From the NCBI GenBank assembly GCA_003353795.1, contig PIVY01000001.1:16932-80931 (forward strand): 64,000 bases of DNA, in the 5' to 3' direction. The DNA is from a bacterium. Its GTDB lineage: Bacteria > Krumholzibacteriota > Krumholzibacteriia > LZORAL124-64-63. Positions 1 through 8,826 of this stretch are shown piece after piece; positions within the stretch are counted from its first letter, which is position 1; every line of letters begins with the position of its first letter. The position numbers and the translations under genes are program-made. The notes under the pieces were generated by a model. The model did not search any database. It was not told the origin of the DNA and saw nothing but the letters and a program-made list of their open reading frames with translations.

Positions 1-384
1 CACGGCTCGCCGGCCTGGCACAACTGTCAGGCTTGCGGGCGGCAGTATCCCTACGAGTGGGCGTACGAGCAGGTCCACCGCGACGGCGTGCCGCGCTGCG
101 ACGATTGTCGCGACGTGGTGAAGCCGGACGTGACGTTCTTCGGCGAGATGCTGCCGGACGGCGCCCTGGAGCGCGCCTGCGAACTGGCCGCCGAGGCCGA
201 GTTGATGCTGGTGCTGGGATCGTCGCTCCAGGTGCAGCCCGCGGCCTCGGTGCCTCTGGTGACCGTTCGCGGCGGTGGCGAACTGGTCATCGTCAACAAG
301 GGGGAGACACCCCTGGACCGGCATTGTACCGTGCGCTTCGACGATCTCGCGGCCGTCTTCGAGCACGTCGCCGCGGCGATCTGA
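1..384 (+). CDS. Sir2-family NAD-dependent protein deacylase, C-terminal part (5' end outside window)
   Basis: Frame 1 is open from base 1. Translation reads ...NCQACG...PRCDDCRDVVKPDVTFFGE...LMLVLGSSLQVQPAA...VIVNKGETPLD, showing the sirtuin Zn-ribbon Cys pairs plus the VKPDVxFFGE and GSSLxVxPA motifs. Stop is at 382-384. Confidence 0.85.
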   Translation, partial: HGSPAWHNCQACGRQYPYEWAYEQVHRDGVPRCDDCRDVVKPDVTFFGEMLPDGALERACELAAEAELMLVLGSSLQVQPAASVPLVTVRGGGELVIVNKGETPLDRHCTVRFDDLAAVFEHVAAAI

Positions 385-493
385 TCCGACCCGGCGCTTG
401 CCCCGTACCGGCCGCCGATGATAGATTCCCCCACTGTGCGACGTCCTCCGGTCGACCGACACGACCGATCGAAACTGGCAAAGGAAGGTGATC

Positions 494-2413
494 GTGACCA
501 CGACCACGAAAGGCAGACACCCACAGGGCCTCTACCCGCTCTTCTTCACGGAGATGTGGGAGCGCCTGGCGTTCTACCTGATGCTGGGCATCCTGGTGCT
601 CTACACCATCGACACCGAGCGCGGCGGCCTGGGAATGCCGCTGAGCAAGGCGGTGGAGATCTACGGCACCTACATGGCCTTCGTCTACTTCACGCCCTTC
701 CTTGGCGGCATGATCGCCGACCGGTTCCTCGGATTCCGCCGTGCGGTCTTCATCGGCGGCCTCCTCATGGCGGCCGGTCTCTTCCTGCTGGGCGTCCGCA
801 GCGAGATGACGCTCTTCGCCGGACTCGCGTTGCTCTGCCTGGGCAACGGCCTGTTCAAGCCCAACATCTCAGCCATGGTCGGCAACCTCTACGAGGCGGG
901 CGACCCGAGACGCGACGCGGGCTTCAACATCTTCTACATGGGCATCAACATCGGCGCCGCGGCGTCGGCGCTGTTGTCGGCGCCCCTACGCAACCTCTTC
1001 AGCTTCAACGTGGCCTTCGTGGCCGCGGGAGTGGGCCTGGTGATCGGTGTGATCATCCTGAGCCTCAACTGGAAGAAGCTGGAGAAGGCCGACCAGCGCT
1101 CGGAACCGGATCCCGAGGACATCACCTTCGGTCAGGTCATGCTGCGCATCATCGCGCCGGCCGCGGTCTGCGGAGCCCTGGGTTACTTCGTCGGTGAACG
1201 CTGGCACTTCGTGCAGGACACCATCGGCTCGGTGACCTTCGCCTTCCTCGTGGGCATGCTGCCCATCATGGGCTACTTCCTGTCGCTGTGGCTGCGGGCC
1301 AAGCCGGAGGAGAAGCCGGGCTTCGGCGCCCTCATCCCGGTGTTCATCGCCGGCGGCACCTTCTTCATGATCCTGCACCTCTCGGGTGGACTCATGACCA
1401 TCTACGCCGAGGACCAGACTGACCGCGAGGTACCGGCGTTGGCCATCGGCCCCTATAGCCAGCAGGCCATGCCGGGCTACTTCCACAACGCGGCCGAGCG
1501 CACCCTGCGCCCCGACGAGCAGACTCTCATCGAGGTGCCCGCAGATGCCGAGGCCATGTTCGGTGCTCGCCGCATCGCCGAGGCCGCCGTGGCCGACCTG
1601 ACCGCCAGCGGCCGCGTACAGGCGGTGACGCCCGACGATCCCCGGGTGGATTCGGAGTGGGGCTTCCTGGCCTGCCGCGTCTACGCCGACTCGAACCTCG
1701 AAGTGGAGACCGGCACCGACTCCCACGGCGTGGCCGTGACCTCGGTGAAGGTCACGCCCAAGACCGCCCGGGCCCTGCGTAGTGCGGTCTTCCTGACCAC
1801 CGTCAACGGCCGGGACGTGCCTGCGCTCCTGGTGAGTTCCGACACCTACCGCTCGGTCTTCCAGCAGGCCGGCGACGGTCGCCTGGAGCCGAACAAGTTC
1901 CTCGGCCTGGTGAACGCCGAGATGATCACCGCGCTCTTCAACCCGGTGTTCGTGGTGCTGCTGACGCCGGTGGTGGTGTTCATCTTCGGCCGCCTCGCAT
2001 CCCGGGGCCTGGAGATCTCCACGGCTCGCAAGATCTTCATCGGCATGATCCTCACCACGGTGTCGCTGTTGATCATGGTCTGGTCGGCGAGAGTGGGAGG
2101 TGACGGCGCCATCAAGGTCTCTGTGATGTGGCTGATCATCTACTACCTGGTGATCACCTTCGGCGAACTGTGCCTCTCGCCCATGGGCCTGAGCCTGGTG
2201 ACCAAGCTGGCGCCCAAGCGCTACGTGGGCCTGATGATGGGCGGCTGGTTCCTGTCGACCGCGGTGGGCAACAAGCTCTCCGGCTTCATCAGCGGCCTGG
2301 CGCCCACGGCCATCATGTTCCTCGTCCTGGCGGGGTCGACCCTGATGGTGGCGGTGTTCATCCTGGTGCTGCTGCCGAAGCTAGACAAGGCGATAAAGCA
2401 ATACGGAGGGTGA
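494..2413 (+). CDS. POT/PTR2-family proton-dependent oligopeptide transporter with a large loop insertion
   Basis: ORF 488-2413. GTG 494 lies 5 nt after AAGGAAGG (481-488), though GTG 488 is also possible. Motifs: LYPLFFTEMWERLAFY, GGMIADRFLGFRR, NGLFKPNISAMVG. About 14 hydrophobic helices. Confidence 0.85.
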   Translation: MTTTTKGRHPQGLYPLFFTEMWERLAFYLMLGILVLYTIDTERGGLGMPLSKAVEIYGTYMAFVYFTPFLGGMIADRFLGFRRAVFIGGLLMAAGLFLLGVRSEMTLFAGLALLCLGNGLFKPNISAMVGNLYEAGDPRRDAGFNIFYMGINIGAAASALLSAPLRNLFSFNVAFVAAGVGLVIGVIILSLNWKKLEKADQRSEPDPEDITFGQVMLRIIAPAAVCGALGYFVGERWHFVQDTIGSVTFAFLVGMLPIMGYFLSLWLRAKPEEKPGFGALIPVFIAGGTFFMILHLSGGLMTIYAEDQTDREVPALAIGPYSQQAMPGYFHNAAERTLRPDEQTLIEVPADAEAMFGARRIAEAAVADLTASGRVQAVTPDDPRVDSEWGFLACRVYADSNLEVETGTDSHGVAVTSVKVTPKTARALRSAVFLTTVNGRDVPALLVSSDTYRSVFQQAGDGRLEPNKFLGLVNAEMITALFNPVFVVLLTPVVVFIFGRLASRGLEISTARKIFIGMILTTVSLLIMVWSARVGGDGAIKVSVMWLIIYYLVITFGELCLSPMGLSLVTKLAPKRYVGLMMGGWFLSTAVGNKLSGFISGLAPTAIMFLVLAGSTLMVAVFILVLLPKLDKAIKQYGG

Positions 2414-2530
2414 TGTGAATGCGCCCGTCTGGCGAAGTCCTCACGACCCCTGCGGGGTCGCTGCGGAGATCGCCAGGCGGGCGGTCCACATCACCACGCA
2501 TTCTTCATCACCTTGCCGGAGAGTGAATCC

Positions 2531-3355
2531 ATGAAACGTAGCGTGATTCTGTGGTTGGTCGCCGTGGTGGTGACGCTGGCCAGCGCGGTGTGGCAGAAGA
2601 CGACGGGGCCGACATATCCGTTGAAGGTTGATGCGGAGGTCCATGGGCTGGCGGTGTCGGGGAAGTTGATGCGGTCGCAGACCGTGGATACGCCGGTGCC
2701 GGTGTCGCTGGAGGCTGGCGAGGGGCTCAGTGGCGAGGTGCGTTGGCGGCGCTGGCCTTCGGACGACCCGTGGCAGACTGTGGCGCTGGTGCGCGAGGGC
2801 GGAACGCTGGTCGGCGAGTTGCCCGGGCAGTCGGTGAAGGCGGCCAAGATCGAGTACGCCGTGAGCGTGGGCACCAGTGACGCCGATCGCATCACTTACC
2901 CCACGCGGCTGCGTTTCAAGGGCGCCGTGCCCACGCCGATCCTCGTGGTTCACATCTTCGCCATGTTCTTCGGCATGCTCTTCTCGTTGCGTGCGGGCCT
3001 CGAGGCGCTGGTCCGGGGCGCCGCCTTGCGCTGGCAGACCGCGGTCACCCTGCTGTGCCTGGGGGTGGGCGGACTCATGCTCGGGCCCATCGTGCAGCGA
3101 TACGCCTTCGATGCCTACTGGACCGGCTGGCCCATCGGCGAGGACCTCACCGACAACAAGCTGGCAGTGGCGGTGCTATTCTGGGTCATCGCGGCCTGGC
3201 AGGAGCGGCGCGGACGCCTCTGGCCGTCGATGGTGGCCGCCGTGGTGACCTTCGTGATCTTCATCATTCCGCACAGCCTCCACGGCTCGACCCACGACTG
3301 GGAATCGGGTCAGCAGATCCAGGCGGCGATCGTTCGCTGGCTGCCCTTCGCGTAG
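2531..3355 (+). CDS. hypothetical integral membrane protein (N-terminal anchor, soluble domain, C-terminal multi-TM block)
   Basis: ORF 2513-3355. ATG 2531 (MKRSVILWLVAVVV) follows GGAGAG. GC3-rich frame with four or more hydrophobic helices in the C-terminal half. No family recognised. Confidence 0.6.
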   Translation: MKRSVILWLVAVVVTLASAVWQKTTGPTYPLKVDAEVHGLAVSGKLMRSQTVDTPVPVSLEAGEGLSGEVRWRRWPSDDPWQTVALVREGGTLVGELPGQSVKAAKIEYAVSVGTSDADRITYPTRLRFKGAVPTPILVVHIFAMFFGMLFSLRAGLEALVRGAALRWQTAVTLLCLGVGGLMLGPIVQRYAFDAYWTGWPIGEDLTDNKLAVAVLFWVIAAWQERRGRLWPSMVAAVVTFVIFIIPHSLHGSTHDWESGQQIQAAIVRWLPFA

Positions 3356-3378
3356 ATCCCGACGCTAGCCAAAGAATC

Positions 3379-3405
3379 GGCCCCGGAGCAGAGAGCTCCG
3401 GGGCC
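3379..3405. terminator. GC-rich hairpin between convergent genes
   Basis: GGCCCCGGAGC-agaga-GCTCCGGGGCC, an 11-bp perfect stem, lies in the gap between the stops at 3355 (+) and 3459 (-). No clear U-tract. Confidence 0.45.
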
Positions 3406-3458
3406 TACCTGCCCCGTGCGGGTGGAAAGGGCATGCCAGGGCAGGCGTTGTCGGGGGA

Positions 3459-5276
3459 TCAGCCCAGGACTTCGCAGAAGCCGTCGTCCTCCCGCACCGG
3501 CGGCCATTCGGCCCGCCGGAATCGTTGCCGTACGAGATGGTCTCCCACCGCGAGTACGGCGATCGCCACGATCCACATTGCCACCGGGCCGCCGGGGACG
3601 ACGGTCACGAGCAGGTTGCTGACCGCGAGGATCAAGAAGTTGAGCCCGGCCGGGTCGCCGGCCTTGGCGAGACTGAAGAAGAACGGCGCCAGATAGAATC
3701 CCATGAGAATCACCAGCAGCGCCACGAAGGCCACCTTGCGGGACCGGTCGGTCACCCCGGGGCGGAATCGGCCCAGGTAGACCAGGATAGCCGCCTGGAA
3801 CAGCAAGCCCACGAGAAGGACTTGCAACGGCAACAGGCCGCGAAAACGTTGCGGTCGAAGGTCGGGATACGCTTCGCGGAGCGTCGGCGCGTCATTCCGC
3901 CACACGATCGGTCCGTCGGATTGCTCGGCAAGGAAACGGTCGCGCAGTTCGTCCATGGGCAACGACGCGCCGTACACGTGCTCGACCGCACGGGCGAGTT
4001 GCCAGGCGGCAAACTCGAGGGACGCGTCCGCCGGCACGTGGAAAGGCTTGTAGAGCACCGGCCCGAGAGGCCCCAGGGGCCGCCACGCATTTGGAGGTGT
4101 GCTCTGCATGCCGTCGGGTCCCACGTTCACCGGCGGATCGCCCCAGGACACCGCGAAGTAGCGCGGCGCCATGCGCAGGCCATAGATGTCGTCCTCGTTG
4201 CTCCAGGTGACCATTTCGACCGCGGGAATCTCGCGGATCAAGGCGATCTCGCCGCCCAGGAATCCCACTGCCAGGAACACCAGCTGCGGACCGATCAGAC
4301 AGGCCAGCAGGCGCGACCGAGACAGCGGCAGATGGTCGAAGACCGCGAGCTTGAGCAGCGGGGTTCCCGTCAGGGCGAACAGGCAATAGGCGATCATCGG
4401 GATCATGAACACGCCCAGGTGTTCACCGCTGTCGCTGAAGACGGTCCAGCCGCTGAAGGTGACGCCGAGGAGGATCAGCATGATCGCAGCCACCAGCAGC
4501 AATGCCGGGTGCTTGGAGGTGGCCTGGATCACCGTCATCCAGACCGGGCGGCGGCGCCACCAGGGAGCCATGGCCGACAGCGGCATCCGTGCGCCGGACG
4601 TCGCGGCGGCAGCCGGTTCGCGAGGCGCGATGCTCATGGTCGCGGGCAATCGACGACCCGTCAGGACGAGAAGGACGATGGCCACCGCGAACGGCACGAG
4701 GGCCGTGATGGGTCCGAGGAAACCCAGTCCCACCATTCCCACGTACGCCGCGGCGACCAATCCGAGATGGCGACCGTACCACGCGCGATCGCGCGGAAGC
4801 TCGGCCACGGCAGGGCGATGGATCACCACCAGAGCGGCGAGCAACAGCCACCAGGCAAGGCCATGGCTCACCAGGGTCAGCAGCGGTATGGTCAGGTCGA
4901 CGTCGGGACGCTCCACAGGATCGATGAGGGATCGCAGACCCAGGACGCCGTACGTCACGAATGCCAGGGTGAGCGCCATCATGCCGCCGGTGGTCAGCAG
5001 CAGCGCCGACACGTGGGCTCGCCAGACTGAGCGGGCTGGCAAGGGCAACGTGAGGGCGAACTCCCGGGCGCGCTGGTTGTGGGGACCGAGGGCGAGGAAG
5101 AGCGCCGGGACCAGCCACAGGGTGGTCATGGGCACCCAGGGCATCGAGAACAGTTCGCGGTGCAGTTTCATGGCCACGATACCCAGCCACAATGAGCCGG
5201 TGGCCAGGACGAGCAGCATCCACTTCACGTAGACGGGACGCAGCAGGGGATGGTGCCGGATCAGGACCCGCATCAT
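3459..5276 (-). CDS. ABC transporter permease-like polytopic membrane protein (605 aa) with a central soluble domain
   Basis: ORF 3459-5543. ATG 5276 overlaps the upstream ATPase stop as ATGA. Many hydrophobic helices flank a soluble segment of about 130 aa. Third gene of the GntR-ABC operon. Confidence 0.7.
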   Translation of the reverse strand: MMRVLIRHHPLLRPVYVKWMLLVLATGSLWLGIVAMKLHRELFSMPWVPMTTLWLVPALFLALGPHNQRAREFALTLPLPARSVWRAHVSALLLTTGGMMALTLAFVTYGVLGLRSLIDPVERPDVDLTIPLLTLVSHGLAWWLLLAALVVIHRPAVAELPRDRAWYGRHLGLVAAAYVGMVGLGFLGPITALVPFAVAIVLLVLTGRRLPATMSIAPREPAAAATSGARMPLSAMAPWWRRRPVWMTVIQATSKHPALLLVAAIMLILLGVTFSGWTVFSDSGEHLGVFMIPMIAYCLFALTGTPLLKLAVFDHLPLSRSRLLACLIGPQLVFLAVGFLGGEIALIREIPAVEMVTWSNEDDIYGLRMAPRYFAVSWGDPPVNVGPDGMQSTPPNAWRPLGPLGPVLYKPFHVPADASLEFAAWQLARAVEHVYGASLPMDELRDRFLAEQSDGPIVWRNDAPTLREAYPDLRPQRFRGLLPLQVLLVGLLFQAAILVYLGRFRPGVTDRSRKVAFVALLVILMGFYLAPFFFSLAKAGDPAGLNFLILAVSNLLVTVVPGGPVAMWIVAIAVLAVGDHLVRQRFRRAEWPPVREDDGFCEVLG

Positions 5277-6169
5277 GAGCGGCCTCCTCCCACCAGCTCG
5301 ATGAACATCTCCTCGAGCGGCAACGAGTGGCAGCGGACGTCGCCGAGTCCCAGGTCCCGGGCCAGGGTGTGCTCGCACGAATCCGCGTGGAGTTCGAAGA
5401 CGGCGCGCACGGTCCCCTCGCGTTCGCGGGCCGAGAGGCATTTGCCGTGGGCGAGGAGACGCTGGCTGGTGACGTTGCTGGTGGCCGGTGTCAGCACCAG
5501 GCAGTAACCCTCGCGTACATCGTCGAGGGAACTGTCGATCCACTTCTGGCCCTCGTGCAACATGACCAGGCGACTGGCGAGGCGCTCGACGTCGGTCATG
5601 TGGTGGCTCGAGAACAGGATCGTGGAGCCCGACTCGCCCAGGAGCTGGATCGCGGTCTCCAGGAACTCGCGGCGCATGGCGGGATCGAGTCCGCCGGCAG
5701 GCTCGTCCAGCAGCAGCAGCGGCGGACGGTGAGCCACCGCGCAGAGCAGTGCCACCTGGCGGGCCTGGCCCTTGCTGAGCTGCTTGATCTTCTGATTGGC
5801 ATCCATGTGGAAACGCGACGAGAGATCGCGAGCCAGGTCGTCGTCCCAGCCGGGGTAGAGGCGTCGATGGAAGTCTATGACCTCGCGCACGCGGAGGAAT
5901 CCCGGGAGGGTCTGGTCCTCGGACACGTAGCCCACCCGCTCCTTCACCGTTACGGCATCCTCGCGGGGGTCGTGACCGAGCACCTGGATCGATCCGCCCT
6001 GGGATTCCAGCAGGCCCATGGCCAGGCGGATGAGCGTTGTCTTGCCCGCTCCGTTGCGTCCGAGTAGGCCGATGACCTCGCCCTCGGTCACGGTCAGGTC
6101 CAGACTGCTCAGGACGTCCTGGCCCCGGGTGTAGGCCCGACTCACGTCACGCATCTCCAGCACGTTCAT
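5273..6169 (-). CDS. ABC transporter ATP-binding protein
   Basis: Walker A GLLGRNGAGKTT, signature LSKGQARQV, Walker B LLLLDEPAGGLD. The start MNVLEMRDV overlaps the GntR stop as ATGA (6166-6169). Confidence 0.9.
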   Translation of the reverse strand: MNVLEMRDVSRAYTRGQDVLSSLDLTVTEGEVIGLLGRNGAGKTTLIRLAMGLLESQGGSIQVLGHDPREDAVTVKERVGYVSEDQTLPGFLRVREVIDFHRRLYPGWDDDLARDLSSRFHMDANQKIKQLSKGQARQVALLCAVAHRPPLLLLDEPAGGLDPAMRREFLETAIQLLGESGSTILFSSHHMTDVERLASRLVMLHEGQKWIDSSLDDVREGYCLVLTPATSNVTSQRLLAHGKCLSAREREGTVRAVFELHADSCEHTLARDLGLGDVRCHSLPLEEMFIELVGGGRS

Positions 6170-6552
6170 GACGACTCCTCGAGTTCGGCGATCAGGCGGC
6201 GCAATAGGGCGACCGCCTCGTCGGGATCGATATCCAGCCGCAGGCACATGACGGCGGCCGGTTTCAGCTTCTTTTCCAGCGCGGACAGTCGCTGGGCGCC
6301 CAGTTCGTCCTCGGGGAGGTCGGCCACCACCAGCGGCTTCCCGGGGCGGCGTTCGAGGATCCCTTCGCGTTCGAGCAGGTTGTAGGCCTTGCTGATGGTC
6401 ATGGGATTCACCCCCAGGGGAACGGCCAGCGAGCGGACGGAGGGCAGCGGATCACCCGGCGTCAGGCGGCTGCTGGCGATGGCCAGCTTCACCTGTTCCA
6501 TGAGTTGCCTGAAGATGGGTACCCCGCTGTGCGGATCCACCACGAAGAGCAT
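6166..6552 (-). CDS. GntR-family (YtrA-like, short) transcriptional regulator
   Basis: MLFVVDPHSGVPIFRQLMEQVKLAI...LPSVRSLAVPLGVNPMTISKAYNLLEREG is a winged-HTH GntR signature. Only 128 aa with a short C-terminal tail. First gene of the ABC operon. Confidence 0.85.
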   Translation of the reverse strand: MLFVVDPHSGVPIFRQLMEQVKLAIASSRLTPGDPLPSVRSLAVPLGVNPMTISKAYNLLEREGILERRPGKPLVVADLPEDELGAQRLSALEKKLKPAAVMCLRLDIDPDEAVALLRRLIAELEESS

Positions 6553-6606
6553 GTTGCGGGTTCCTTTCGCGCCTTGCCCTCTCCACCCGGTCACCACGAA
6601 GATATG

Positions 6607-6637
6607 GTGTATTAGTGTATTAGTCAACCGATACACA
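6607..6637 (-). promoter_or_regulatory. candidate GntR operator (tandem TGTATTAG plus inverted ATACACA)
   Basis: Plus strand reads GTGTATTAGTGTATTAGTCAACCGATACACA, 55-85 nt upstream of the GntR start codon at 6552. TGTATTAG occurs at 6608-6615 and again at 6616-6623. The inverted arm is at 6631-6637. Confidence 0.45.
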
Positions 6638-6662
6638 TACGGGGTTCGCCGGGATGGGTTTC

Positions 6663-6693
6663 AAAAAAATGACCCGGCACGGCGGCCGGGTCA
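6663..6693 (-). terminator. Rho-independent terminator of the M2 peptidase gene
   Basis: Minus strand after stop 6719 reads TGACCCGGC-cgccgt-GCCGGGTCA followed by TTTTTTT. This is a 9-bp stem plus a 7-U tract, the canonical architecture. Confidence 0.75.
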
Positions 6694-6718
6694 CGGGGTG
6701 TGATCGAACGTCGGGACC

Positions 6719-8581
6719 TTACTGAAATCCCACGTCCCGCCCGGCGTTCTGCTCCTGCAGCCAGGCCATGAGCGGCTCGTAGTAGTCCAGCATCGCCGAG
6801 GCGGTGAGCGGCTCGCCGGTGGCCTCGTACAGCAGTCGATTCCAGTCGCGGGTCCCGCCCGCCGAGAGGATCGATTCGAGGTAGATGCCCACCTGGGCGT
6901 TGCCGTAGTAATTGGCGGCGTGCACGTCCTGCTGGAGGAGTTGCTCGCAGATGTAGCGGTGCAACTGGTGCAGGATCACGTAGCTGATGGCGTAGTCGTA
7001 GTACTGCGCAGGGTCGTCGTTGATGTGGGTCTTGGTGGCCGGGTCGCAGTAGTCCTCGCCGCGCTGGGACGGGGGCGCGATGCCCTGGTGCTCGGCGGCG
7101 TACTGCCACCAGCGCACGTTCCACTGATGGCGCGGAAGCTCTTCCTCGTAGAAGTCGTGTTCCCAGTGAGTCATCGTCCCGCAGGCGAAGGGCAGGAAGA
7201 CCACGGGCCCGGTGAGCGCTTCGTTCAGCAGCCACCGCACCTGGTCGGGCGCGTCGTCTTCGCGCAACATGCCGATCTCTTGCAGGTACGGTACCTGGCT
7301 GCTCGCCAGCTCGATGAGCGTGCCGATGGCCTCGTGGAAACCGCGGTTGGCGCCACGGCGCAGGAGGGGAGGCACCTCGGGACGGGCATAGCTGAGGTAG
7401 TAGTAGATGTGTCCCAGCTCGTGGTGCACGGTGCCGAACCAGCGGAAGTCGTTGCGCACCGACATGAGCGACCGCACGTCCTGGTCGAGATCGATGTGCC
7501 AGGCCGAGGCATGGGTGTTCTTACGGCGGTTGGCGTCGGCGGGCAGTTCGTAAAGATCGCTGCGGCCCCAGAAGGTCAACGGCAGCGCCTCGAAGCCCAG
7601 GCTCATGTAGAAGCGTTCGCCCTGCTCGATGATCCACTGCGGCGAAACGTCACGCAGCATGCCGTCCATGTCGATGCCGTCCACCACACCGGGCCACTCC
7701 TGGCCCCAGCGGTTCGGCAGCCAGTGGGCGGGGATGAGGCGAGGGACGTCCGGCGCGTTGTAGCGTGCCGCCAGTTCGTGGCGCACCCAGCAATGAAGCT
7801 GCTCGTACAGCGGGCGCATGCCCTCGAGCAGGTCGTCCATGAGCAGCATCATCTCGGCGCTGGTCATGCCGTAGTCGGCACACTGCAGGCCGAAGAAGGA
7901 ACTGAAGTCCATCTTCACGGCAACGGCGTTGCGCAGGGTCTGCAACTCGGCCAGACCGTCCTTGAGCGTTGGGCCCACCGTCTTGCTGCACTCCCAGACC
8001 GCGCGCCGCTCGCGCAGGTCTCGGCTCGCGAGCAGGATCTCGTCGAGTTCGTTGGGCGTGACCTCGCGCGGCTCCTGGCCGGGCAAGGTCAGCACGAAGC
8101 GGTGGCTGTAAAGCATGGCGTTCTGCGCGGCTTCGAACTGCAGCAGCTTGCGGACCGTGGCCGGCGCGGTGCCGGGATAGTTGGCGGCCAGTTGCCACGC
8201 CCGCTCGAGCTGCCGCTCTTCGAGTTCATTGAGATCCTCGGCGCGGCGCAGCTGTTGCAGCTGGTCGATGACCTCACGGCTGCCGACGTAGTCGGCCAGG
8301 GCCTGGGTCGCGGTGACCTCGGCCTTGCTGTTGGCCTCGGTGATGTCCACGTTGGCCTGCCACTTGGCGCCCTCGGAACCCGTCCAGAGCTCCCGGTAGG
8401 CATCGTTGTAGTCGTCGAGGAATTCGGTGACGTCGCCCTTGCTCGGGGGCGGGTGATCGGCGGCGACCTGGTGACGATCGCCGGGCGCGGCCGCATCATC
8501 CTTGCGCCCGAGCAGCAGGATCAGCGCACCCCCCGCAACGAGGAGGACCACGCCGGCGAGGGCCAGCCTGCGGATATCCAT
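6719..8581 (-). CDS. peptidase family M2 (angiotensin-converting-enzyme-like peptidyl-dipeptidase), membrane-anchored or secreted
   Basis: Zinc motif HHELGHIYYY with downstream GFHEAIGTLIELA, as in ACE-type M2 enzymes. ATG 8581 follows AAGGAG. N-terminal anchor MDIRRLALAGVVLLVAGGALILLL. Confidence 0.85.
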   Translation of the reverse strand: MDIRRLALAGVVLLVAGGALILLLGRKDDAAAPGDRHQVAADHPPPSKGDVTEFLDDYNDAYRELWTGSEGAKWQANVDITEANSKAEVTATQALADYVGSREVIDQLQQLRRAEDLNELEERQLERAWQLAANYPGTAPATVRKLLQFEAAQNAMLYSHRFVLTLPGQEPREVTPNELDEILLASRDLRERRAVWECSKTVGPTLKDGLAELQTLRNAVAVKMDFSSFFGLQCADYGMTSAEMMLLMDDLLEGMRPLYEQLHCWVRHELAARYNAPDVPRLIPAHWLPNRWGQEWPGVVDGIDMDGMLRDVSPQWIIEQGERFYMSLGFEALPLTFWGRSDLYELPADANRRKNTHASAWHIDLDQDVRSLMSVRNDFRWFGTVHHELGHIYYYLSYARPEVPPLLRRGANRGFHEAIGTLIELASSQVPYLQEIGMLREDDAPDQVRWLLNEALTGPVVFLPFACGTMTHWEHDFYEEELPRHQWNVRWWQYAAEHQGIAPPSQRGEDYCDPATKTHINDDPAQYYDYAISYVILHQLHRYICEQLLQQDVHAANYYGNAQVGIYLESILSAGGTRDWNRLLYEATGEPLTASAMLDYYEPLMAWLQEQNAGRDVGFQ

Positions 8582-8791
8582 TCCACTCCTTTCGCCGCGA
8601 CAAGAGTCAGCGACTGTACCGAACCCACGATGCCGCGAATCATAAGCACCCCGGCCAGCCCTGTAAATGGCGAGGTCGCCCCTCAAGAAGGCGACCCCAT
8701 CGGCCAGATTGGCGTTCGATACCCGTAGCGAGGTCCCCACCGCCGTCGCTGGTCACGCGGCGGGCGGCGCCCGCCGCCGGCCGTTGAGCTG

Positions 8792-8810
8792 CAGGCGCCC
8801 TTGGCGCCTG
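8792..8810 (-). terminator. hairpin just downstream of the protease stop
   Basis: CAGGCGCC-aag-GGCGCCTG (8-bp stem) sits 17 nt after stop 8827 on the minus strand. No U-tract. Confidence 0.35.
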
Positions 8811-8826
8811 TCAGCTCGAACGGCCG

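Noticed and set aside
3525-5030. 501-aa plus-strand ORF, and similar antisense ORFs at 6920-8728, 12800-14782, 22340-23680, 24183-25736, 42344-44086, 44235-45860, 51623-53116 and 62150-63850.
   Set aside because: Each one overlaps, on the opposite strand, a CDS with strong motif support. Their translations are Arg/His/Gly/Pro-rich and lack RBSs, so I treat them as high-GC shadow ORFs.
6607-6624. The tandem repeat GTGTATTAG/TGTATTAG, considered as a possible CRISPR or mini-satellite.
   Set aside because: There are only two 8-9-nt copies with no spacers. An operator upstream of the GntR gene explains it better. I saw no CRISPR-like array anywhere in the window.
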